Of a stretch of DNA of 64,000 nucleotides, positions 56,995-64,000 are shown in pieces (within the stretch, counting starts at the first letter, position 1; each line of letters begins with the position of its first letter). The notes below the pieces were generated by a model, which saw nothing but the letters and a program-made list of their open reading frames with translations, was not told the DNA's origin and did not search any database. The stretch lies in contig JAIMBJ010000003.1 of NCBI GenBank assembly GCA_023511455.1, positions 185,093 through 249,092 on the forward strand. The letters run 5' to 3'. A program made the translations under genes and the position numbers. Origin of the DNA: Bacillota bacterium. GTDB lineage: Bacteria > Armatimonadota > HRBIN16.

Positions 56995-58014
56995 ATGAGT
57001 TCAGGATACCACGTGGCTATTGCAGGAGCGACTGGTGCTGTGGGCACGGAGTTCCTGCGCGTGCTCGAGAGACATGACTTTCCCATCGCTTCCCTGCGGC
57101 TGCTGGCGAGTGAGCGGTCGGAGGGAAAGCGTATCCGTTTCGCGGGCGAGGATCTGGTGGTGCAGCGCCTCACAGAAAACGCCTTCGAAGGGGTACAAAT
57201 AGCCTTCTTTTCGGCGGGCGCGTCGCGCAGCAGGCAGTTCGCGCCGGCGGCGGTAAGGGCAGGCGCGGTGGTGATAGACAACTCCTCCGCGTTCCGCATG
57301 GACCCACAGGTGCCGCTGGTGGTTCCGGAGATTAACATCGACGATGCCCAGCACCATCAGGGCATCATCGCCAACCCCAACTGTTCCACCATCATCATGC
57401 TGATGGCGGTCGCGCCGTTGCATCGGCGGTGGCGGGCGAAGCGCGTGGTGGTCAGCACCTATCAGGCGGCGAGCGGTGCAGGTGCGCAGGCAATGCAGGA
57501 ACTTTTAGACCAGACGGCAGCCGTCCTTGAGGGGAAAGAGGTGACCCCGCGCGTGCTGCCGCACCAGATTGCGTTCAACCTCTTCAGCCACAACTCGGCA
57601 GTGAACGAGTACGGCTACAATGAAGAGGAGTGGAAGATGATTCACGAGAGCCGCAAAATCCTGCACGAGCCGGGGTTAGCCATCACCGCCACCTGCGTAC
57701 GTGTACCCGTTCTGCGGGCGCATTCGGAGAGCATCAATATCGAGTTTGCAGAGCGGCGCCCCAGCGTGGAAGAGGCACGGCAGGCACTGGCGGAGTTTCC
57801 CGGGGTCAAACTGGTGGACGACCGCGAGCGCAACCACTTCCCGATGCCCATCGAAGCCACTGACCGCGAGGAGGTACTGGTGGGGCGTATTCGTGAGGAT
57901 GTTTCCAACCCGATGGCGCTGGATTTGTTCGTCAGCGGTGACCAGCTGCTGAAAGGAGCGGCTTTGAACGCCGTGCAAATCGCCGAGGCGATGATCACCA
58001 GAAGATGGCTGTAA
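56995..58014 (+). CDS. asd: Aspartate-semialdehyde dehydrogenase
   Basis: VAIAGATGAVG N-terminus, catalytic Cys (NPNCST) and His region. Confidence 0.9.
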   Translation: MSSGYHVAIAGATGAVGTEFLRVLERHDFPIASLRLLASERSEGKRIRFAGEDLVVQRLTENAFEGVQIAFFSAGASRSRQFAPAAVRAGAVVIDNSSAFRMDPQVPLVVPEINIDDAQHHQGIIANPNCSTIIMLMAVAPLHRRWRAKRVVVSTYQAASGAGAQAMQELLDQTAAVLEGKEVTPRVLPHQIAFNLFSHNSAVNEYGYNEEEWKMIHESRKILHEPGLAITATCVRVPVLRAHSESINIEFAERRPSVEEARQALAEFPGVKLVDDRERNHFPMPIEATDREEVLVGRIREDVSNPMALDLFVSGDQLLKGAALNAVQIAEAMITRRWL

Positions 58015-58030
58015 TAGACAGGAGGAAACG

Positions 58031-58918
58031 ATGCAGGTCAACTGGGGACCGGTGGTGACCGCGATGGTCACGCCATTTAACGAGAATTTGGAAGTCAATT
58101 ACGACGCCGCGCAGGCACTGGCAGAGCTGCTGGTGCAGACCGGTTCTACGGGGCTGGTGGTCAGCGGTACGACGGGCGAGTCGCCGACCCTGACGCACGA
58201 GGAGAAAGTCACCCTGTTCCGCAAGGTGAAAGAGGCGGTGGGCAACCGTGCGGCGGTTCTGGCAGGCACCGGAACCTATGACACCGAAGAGTCGGTACGG
58301 CTGAGTCAGGAGGCGGAGCGAGCGGGGGTAGACGGGCTGCTGCTCGTCGCGCCATACTACAACCGTCCGTCGCAAGAGGGGCTGTATCAGCACTTCAAGA
58401 CCATCGCGCACGCCGTCGACCTGCCCGTGATGATTTACAACATTCCGGGGCGCACCGGCGTGAACGTGGAGCCGGGCACACTGCTTCGGCTGGCGGAGAT
58501 TACCAACGTCGTGGCGGTCAAAGAAGCCAGCGGTAATCTCAACCAGATGTCGGAAATCTGTGCTGGCGCGCCGGACGGGTTCCTGGTGTATAGCGGCGAC
58601 GACTCGCTAACGTTACCGCTGCTGGCGGTCGGCGGTGTGGGCGTGGTGAGTGTGGCATCGCATGTGGTAGGGCGCGACATCCGCCGTATGTGTGAGGCGT
58701 TCTTCGCCGGGAAGGTGCAGGAAGCCACCAAGTTGCATCACCGGATGCTGCCGCTGTTCAAGGCGTTGTTCTGCACCACGAACCCGGTTCCGGTGAAGGC
58801 GGCGCTGAATATGCTGGGGGCCACCGTGGGCGGTGTGCGCCTGCCGCTGGTGGAAGCGAACGACAAAGAAAAGGAGATTGTCCGCAAAGCACTCAGAGAC
58901 TACGGGTTACTGCAGTGA
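58031..58918 (+). CDS. dapA: 4-hydroxy-tetrahydrodipicolinate synthase
   Basis: TAMVTPF…GTTGES…Schiff-base Lys region (VAVKEASG). Confidence 0.9.
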   Translation: MQVNWGPVVTAMVTPFNENLEVNYDAAQALAELLVQTGSTGLVVSGTTGESPTLTHEEKVTLFRKVKEAVGNRAAVLAGTGTYDTEESVRLSQEAERAGVDGLLLVAPYYNRPSQEGLYQHFKTIAHAVDLPVMIYNIPGRTGVNVEPGTLLRLAEITNVVAVKEASGNLNQMSEICAGAPDGFLVYSGDDSLTLPLLAVGGVGVVSVASHVVGRDIRRMCEAFFAGKVQEATKLHHRMLPLFKALFCTTNPVPVKAALNMLGATVGGVRLPLVEANDKEKEIVRKALRDYGLLQ

Positions 58919-60597
58919 ACGACGACACTTTTCCCTATGAAGAGAGCATCGCGCTGATCCCGCTGGGGGGCACGGGTGAAATCGGCAAGAACCTCACCGT
59001 CGTGCAGTTCGGCGGGGAGATACTGGTGGTGGATTGCGGACTGGCGTTCCCATTCGACGACGTGTACGGGGTGGACATCGTCATCCCCGACATCACCTAC
59101 CTGCGCGAGAATGCCGACAGGGTACGGGGCATCGTACTCACTCATGGGCATGAAGACCATGTCGGTGCATTGCCCTATGTGCTTGCGGAAATGAATGTGC
59201 CTGTATGGGGTACGTGCTTAACCCTGGGGCTGGTGCGCGCCAAACTGAGTGAGCGGCTCCCACTTTCCCAGCTGGATTTGCGCGAATACGCGCCCGGAGA
59301 CCGTATCCCGATAGGTCCTTTTTATGTGGAACCGGTGCGGGTGACCCATAGCATCCCCGAAACGGTTGCGCTGAATATCGAGACACCGATAGGGCGTATG
59401 GTTTTCGTGAGCGACTTCAAGATCGACCACACGCCGATTGATGAGTGGCGTTTCGATGCCGCGCGGTTCGGGCAGCTGGGCGAGGAGGGGGTATTAGCCC
59501 TCGTTTCCGACAGCACCAACGCCGAGAAACCGGGGGTAACGCCTTCCGAGCGCGTGGTGGGCGCAGCATATGACCGCATCTTCCGCGAGGCGCCGGGGCG
59601 CATCATCGTCACCATGTTCGCCTCCAACATCCACCGGATGCAGCAGGTGCTGGATACCGCTGCACGCTACGGCAAGAAAGTGGCAGTGCTGGGGCGCAGT
59701 ATGCAGCAGAACCTGGACATCGCCATCGAAATGGGCTATGTGTGGCTGCCGCCGGACACACTCATCCGCACCGACCAGATTGGTCAATACGAGGGGCGAC
59801 AGCTGGTCATTCTGGCGACAGGCGCACAGGGAGAACCTCTCTCCGCTTTGACGCGCATCTCGCGCGACGAGTATAAGGCGGTGCAGATTGAGCCGGGCGA
59901 TACCGTCATCCTCTCCGCCACCCCGATACCGGGCAACGAAAGCCTCGTGTGGCGCACGGTGAACCGTCTGATTCGCAAGGGGGCGAACGTCATCTATCCG
60001 CCGATGCAACCTGTACATGTTTCGGGGCACGCCTATCAGGAAGAGCTGAAGATGATGCTGGCGCTGGTGCGTCCGAAGTATGTCATCCCCATGCACGGCG
60101 AGCCTCGAATGGCGGTACAATATGCGCGGATGGCGCGGGAAATGCATATCCCCGCAGAGAATATCTTCCTGATGGATTTGGGAGATACCCTCTACCTGCA
60201 CCCCGAGGGCGCGAAGTTCGGTGAAAAGGTTCCAGTAGGCAGGGTGCTGGTGGATAGCGGCGGCAACAGCGGCATCAGTGACGTCGTGCTGCGCGACCGC
60301 AAGCATCTGGCGCAGGACGGACTGGTGCTGGTGGTGGTGAGCATCGATAAGGAGACCGGCGAGATACTGGCTGGTCCCGACGTGACCATCCGCGGAATGG
60401 CGGTGAGTGAAGAGGAAGAGCCGCAGTTCGTCGAATACTTACGGCAGCAGGTGCTGTCCGAACTGCAAGAGCTGGACATTTCAGAGGTGACTGACTGGGA
60501 TGCGGTTCGCGCCGATGTGCGCAGTACAGTCACGCGGGCGGTCAAGCAGCGGCTGAAGCGTCGCCCCGTGGTCATACCGGTAGTGATGGAGATTTAG
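58915..60597 (+). CDS. rnj: Ribonuclease J
   Basis: Metallo-beta-lactamase HGHEDHVGALP, beta-CASP and the RNase J C-terminal domain. 4-bp overlap with dapA. Confidence 0.9.
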   Translation: MNDDTFPYEESIALIPLGGTGEIGKNLTVVQFGGEILVVDCGLAFPFDDVYGVDIVIPDITYLRENADRVRGIVLTHGHEDHVGALPYVLAEMNVPVWGTCLTLGLVRAKLSERLPLSQLDLREYAPGDRIPIGPFYVEPVRVTHSIPETVALNIETPIGRMVFVSDFKIDHTPIDEWRFDAARFGQLGEEGVLALVSDSTNAEKPGVTPSERVVGAAYDRIFREAPGRIIVTMFASNIHRMQQVLDTAARYGKKVAVLGRSMQQNLDIAIEMGYVWLPPDTLIRTDQIGQYEGRQLVILATGAQGEPLSALTRISRDEYKAVQIEPGDTVILSATPIPGNESLVWRTVNRLIRKGANVIYPPMQPVHVSGHAYQEELKMMLALVRPKYVIPMHGEPRMAVQYARMAREMHIPAENIFLMDLGDTLYLHPEGAKFGEKVPVGRVLVDSGGNSGISDVVLRDRKHLAQDGLVLVVVSIDKETGEILAGPDVTIRGMAVSEEEEPQFVEYLRQQVLSELQELDISEVTDWDAVRADVRSTVTRAVKQRLKRRPVVIPVVMEI

Positions 60598-60631
60598 CGG
60601 CGCCTCCGGTCAGACCCGAAGGAGGGCTATC

Positions 60632-61237
60632 ATGAGGGAGCCATCGGTCAAACGTGCGTTGGTGCTGGCGATACTGGGCGCGGTGCTTATCGCTGGAGCG
60701 TTGTTACTGCGTCAGACAGGCATGCTACGCAGCGCACAGTCACGTGCCAACGAGGAATTCGCCCTGAGTGAGCGAGCACACCACGAAGGCGAGCACGAAG
60801 CCGCCATGCGCCACATGCAGAATGCGGTGAAGCTGGACCCGCACTTTGTGGAAGCGCGGGAAGGGCTGGCGGCGATGTACGAGCAGTTTCGCGGAATGGA
60901 TGCCGCCATCGCGGAGTACGAGCGCGCCATCAAAGAGGACCCGCAGAATGAGGCACGCTACTGTTACCGGATTGCACAAATCTACTTTGTGCACCGCCAA
61001 TGGGAGCCTGCATTGCAGTGGTTACGCCGTTCAGACAACCTTGCGCCGAGCGACTTTCATGTGCAGCGGATGATCGGGTTCTGTCTGGAACGGCAGGGCA
61101 AATGGAAGGAGGCAGAACAACACTGGAGCGCGGTGCTCCGCCAGAACAGCAACGACCCGAACGTGCAGCGCGCCCTGGCACGAGTGCGCAGACACATGAA
61201 CAGCAAGCAATCCACAGAAAGCGGCAAGGGAGGGTAG
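60632..61237 (+). CDS. Tetratricopeptide-repeat protein with N-terminal TM anchor
   Basis: Repeated A/Y/W-containing 34-aa helical repeats (…AIAEYERAIKEDPQNEARYCYRIAQIYF…). Confidence 0.55.
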   Translation: MREPSVKRALVLAILGAVLIAGALLLRQTGMLRSAQSRANEEFALSERAHHEGEHEAAMRHMQNAVKLDPHFVEAREGLAAMYEQFRGMDAAIAEYERAIKEDPQNEARYCYRIAQIYFVHRQWEPALQWLRRSDNLAPSDFHVQRMIGFCLERQGKWKEAEQHWSAVLRQNSNDPNVQRALARVRRHMNSKQSTESGKGG

Positions 61238-61240
61238 GCG

Positions 61241-61720
61241 GTGTTTCGGAACTATCGCGACATCTTGAGACAGATGGAGATGGAAATGCAAAGGCTATCT
61301 GACGAAGCCCTGCTCAGCGTGTTTGGACCGCTGGGCACGGCGGAGCGGTTCTGGCAACCGGCAGCCGACATTTGTGAAACCGAAGAGGCGCTGGTGGTGA
61401 AAGCGGAAATCGCCGGTGTTCAGCCCGAAAAAATCAACGTCTCGCTATCCGCCGATAACAGGGTGCTGGTTATCTCGGGCATCAGGGCAGAAGATGAGGA
61501 AGAACGTCGCGCTCGCGTGCGGTGTTATCAACTGGAAATCTACTACGGTCCGTTTGAACGCCACATCACGTTGCCGCCCGATATACCCATCGACCGCGAC
61601 AATATCTCTGCTACCTATCGTAACGGTGTGTTGACAGTGCGTCTTCCCAAGAGCATCCAGGAAGAAACACCGGCTATCCGACGTATTCCCATCACCGAAA
61701 GCGAGCGGGAGAGTGAATAG
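61241..61720 (+). CDS. Hsp20/alpha-crystallin family small heat-shock protein
   Basis: Alpha-crystallin domain (…VKAEIAGV…GVLTVRLPK). Confidence 0.85.
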   Translation: MFRNYRDILRQMEMEMQRLSDEALLSVFGPLGTAERFWQPAADICETEEALVVKAEIAGVQPEKINVSLSADNRVLVISGIRAEDEEERRARVRCYQLEIYYGPFERHITLPPDIPIDRDNISATYRNGVLTVRLPKSIQEETPAIRRIPITESERESE

Positions 61721-61744
61721 CGGAGGGAAAGCGAGGGAGGCAAT

Positions 61745-64000
61745 ATGGCAGACGTAGAGACCCCAGTCACGCCGGGCAGCGATAACGAGAAGGACCTGCG
61801 GATGGAAATCCCGGAAGTGCTGAACCTCCTACCACTTCGGGATACGGTGGTGTTTCCGGTGCTTATCGTGCCCATCGCTGTAGGCAGAGAGAGCTCCATC
61901 AAACTCATCGACGACTCGGTGGTGGGAGGCAACCGGATTATCGGTGTGGTGGCGATGAAAGACCCCACCGTCGAGAACCCCACGCTGGATGATGTGTATC
62001 GGGTGGGCACGGCGGTGGTCATCCGCATGATGGGCAAAATGCCGGATGGCATCCGCCTGATTGCTCAGGGCATCAGCCGTATTGAGATACTGGAGGCAGT
62101 GCAGAGGCAACCCTACCTGCGCGTGCGGGTGCGCGTGGTACAGGAGCCGACACAAATCAGCGAGGAAGACAGCCTGGAGATTGAGGCACTGCGCCGGAAC
62201 ATCGCCGCCGCTTTCCAGAAGGTGGTGCAGCTGTCGCCGAACCTTCCTGACGAGCTGGAGGGCATCGCACTCAACGTCACCGAGCCTCATGTACTGACCG
62301 ACCTGGTCGCGGCGCATTTGCCTGTCTCTATCGCTGACAAGCAGAAGATTCTGGAGACCTTTGACCTTAAGGAGCGAATGCGCCTGTTGCTGCAGATGCT
62401 GGTGCGAGAAGTGGAAGTGCTGGAGCTGGGCAGCAAGCTGCAGTCGGAGGTGCATTCGGAGCTCAGCAAGACACAGCGCGAGTACTACCTGCGTGAACAG
62501 CTCAAAGCCATCCAGCGCGAGCTGGGCGAGATGGACGAGAACATGGCGCAGATCGAGGAGCTGCGCCAGAAGATTACCGAAGCCAAGATGCCTCCCGAGG
62601 CGGAGAAAGAGGCTCTGCGCGAGCTGGACAGGCTGTCGCGTATCCCCTCTGCTTCGCCCGAATACACCGTCGCGCGCACATACATCGAGACCATGGTCGC
62701 GCTGCCCTGGAGCATCTCCACCGAGGACAATCTGGACATCTCGCAGGTGCGACAGGTGCTGGACGAAGACCACTACGGGCTGGAGAAGGTCAAGGAGCGT
62801 ATTCTGGAGTATCTCGCGGTGCGCAAGTTCAAGACCGAAGGCACCATGCGCCAGCCAATCCTGTGTCTGGTGGGTCCGCCGGGCGTGGGGAAGACCAGTT
62901 TAGGTCGCTCAATTGCTCGTGCGCTGGGCAGGAAGTTCGTGCGTATCTCACTGGGCGGCATCCGCGATGAGGCGGAGATTCGTGGACACCGTCGCACCTA
63001 CATCGGTGCACTGCCCGGACAGATTATTCAGGGTATCCGACGGGCAGGCTCCAACAACCCCGTCTTTATGCTGGATGAGATAGACAAGGTAGGGGCGGAC
63101 TTCCGCGGCGACCCGTCCGCTGCGCTTCTGGAAGCACTGGACCCCGAGCAGAACAGCCAGTTCCGCGACCACTATCTGGATGTGCCTTTTGACCTTTCGA
63201 AGGTGCTGTTCATCACCACTGCCAACGTGCTGGATACCATCCTGCCGCCGCTGCGCGACCGTATGGAGGTCATCGAAATCCCCGGTTACACTGAGGATGA
63301 GAAGCTGGAGATTGCGAAGCGCCACCTCATCCCACGCCAGATGCAGGAGCACGGGCTGAACGAGGAAGAGCATATCCAGTGGACAGAGGAGGGCATCCGC
63401 GCCATTATTCGGGGTTACACGCGCGAGGCAGGGGTGCGCAATCTGGAGCGGGAAATCGCCTCCGTGTGCCGCAAGGTGGCGCGCCGCTTTGCGGAAGGGG
63501 AGACCGGGAAGGTGGTGGTAGACGCTGCCAAAGTGGAGGAGTTTCTTGGCGCGCCCCGCTTCGAGTTCGAAGAGATTTCCGAGCGCACCTCGCAGCCCGG
63601 TGTGGCGGTTGGGCTGGTGTGGACGCCCGTCGGTGGGGACATCGTGTTCGTGGAGGCCACGCTGATGCCGGGCAACAAAGGGCTGTTGCTGACCGGCCAG
63701 CTGGGCGACGTGATGCGCGAGTCGGCGCAGACCGCGCTGAGCTACATCCGCAGCCACGCAAAGGAGATGGGCATAGACCCCAGCTTCTTCGAGAAGCATG
63801 ATATTCACATCCACGTACCCGCTGGGGCGATACCGAAGGATGGGCCTTCGGCAGGCATCACGATGGCAACTGCGCTGGCATCACTGCTTACGGGCAGGTG
63901 TGTGAAGCCGCGCGTGGCGATGACAGGAGAGATCACGCTGTCTGGACGGGTGCTGCCGGTCGGTGGCATTAAGGAGAAGGTACTGGCGGCGCACCGTGCA
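61745..64000 (+). CDS. lon: ATP-dependent Lon protease (3' end beyond the window)
   Basis: LON N-domain, Walker [10 protein letters not shown], and a proteolytic domain with catalytic Ser in PKDGPSAG. The open frame continues to the window edge. Confidence 0.9.
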   Translation, partial: MADVETPVTPGSDNEKDLRMEIPEVLNLLPLRDTVVFPVLIVPIAVGRESSIKLIDDSVVGGNRIIGVVAMKDPTVENPTLDDVYRVGTAVVIRMMGKMPDGIRLIAQGISRIEILEAVQRQPYLRVRVRVVQEPTQISEEDSLEIEALRRNIAAAFQKVVQLSPNLPDELEGIALNVTEPHVLTDLVAAHLPVSIADKQKILETFDLKERMRLLLQMLVREVEVLELGSKLQSEVHSELSKTQREYYLREQLKAIQRELGEMDENMAQIEELRQKITEAKMPPEAEKEALRELDRLSRIPSASPEYTVARTYIETMVALPWSISTEDNLDISQVRQVLDEDHYGLEKVKERILEYLAVRKFKTEGTMRQPILCLVGPPGVGKTSLGRSIARALGRKFVRISLGGIRDEAEIRGHRRTYIGALPGQIIQGIRRAGSNNPVFMLDEIDKVGADFRGDPSAALLEALDPEQNSQFRDHYLDVPFDLSKVLFITTANVLDTILPPLRDRMEVIEIPGYTEDEKLEIAKRHLIPRQMQEHGLNEEEHIQWTEEGIRAIIRGYTREAGVRNLEREIASVCRKVARRFAEGETGKVVVDAAKVEEFLGAPRFEFEEISERTSQPGVAVGLVWTPVGGDIVFVEATLMPGNKGLLLTGQLGDVMRESAQTALSYIRSHAKEMGIDPSFFEKHDIHIHVPAGAIPKDGPSAGITMATALASLLTGRCVKPRVAMTGEITLSGRVLPVGGIKEKVLAAHRA

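Noticed and set aside
1-64000. CRISPR arrays, rRNA genes, intact transposase or integrase genes
   Set aside because: No regularly spaced direct repeats, rRNA-like sequence or transposase/integrase motifs were seen.

Overview
This 64 kb window is a high-GC (about 63-65%) bacterial chromosomal segment. Minus-strand genes dominate and are tightly packed, with many 4-bp ATGA/GTGA start-stop overlaps. The lineage cannot be named from sequence alone; the gene content suggests an Armatimonadota- or Chloroflexota-like, possibly thermophilic, organism.

The recognisable core consists of:
- a sugar-phosphate and glycan operon at the left edge: a GH130-like gene, two tandem SIS-domain paralogs, a 3-hydroxyisobutyrate-DH-family oxidoreductase and a phosphodiester glycosidase;
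- housekeeping genes: glgP, an inositol monophosphatase, an LDH-like malate dehydrogenase, hslVU, cysteine desulfurase, tldD, cspA with a long leader, pheA, accD-accA, a CDF transporter, asd-dapA-rnj, a TPR protein, Hsp20 and lon (3' partial);
- two URO-D (MtaA/CmuA-like) paralogs;
- a four-gene glycoside hydrolase operon (clan GH-A, GH78, GH27 and an (alpha/alpha)6 family);
- a hybrid histidine kinase overlapping a PhnD-like binding protein;
- hypC-hypD and hypE, separated by an opposite-strand PAS-GGDEF gene;
- tRNA-Leu(CAG).

Several accessory islets are embedded in this core, most of them lower in GC:
- a DUF4258/YgiT zinc-ribbon toxin-antitoxin cassette;
- a vapBC pair;
- a HEPN-MNT pair with an extra truncated MNT;
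- a low-GC type II restriction-modification cassette beside an orphan cheB;
- a low-GC islet holding a Schlafen/AlbA_2-HATPase_c_4 regulator gene broken by a 5-bp tandem duplication, plus a truncated epimerase fragment.

The locus that most deserves a second look is a co-directional minus-strand block running from the R-M cassette up to tRNA-Leu: metallophosphoesterase, AAC(3)-family acetyltransferase, SpoIID/LytB, a soluble S24/S26-type serine peptidase, a PqqD-like RiPP-recognition-element protein and a possible 34-aa Cys-containing peptide. I do not recognise this gene combination as a described system.

Two repeat families also recur in intergenic regions: a diverged element of about 150 bp (two copies) and a 19-nt palindromic hairpin (two copies). 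No CRISPR array, rRNA or intact transposase was seen.

All calls come from reading the translated ORFs and motifs. No database search was run.
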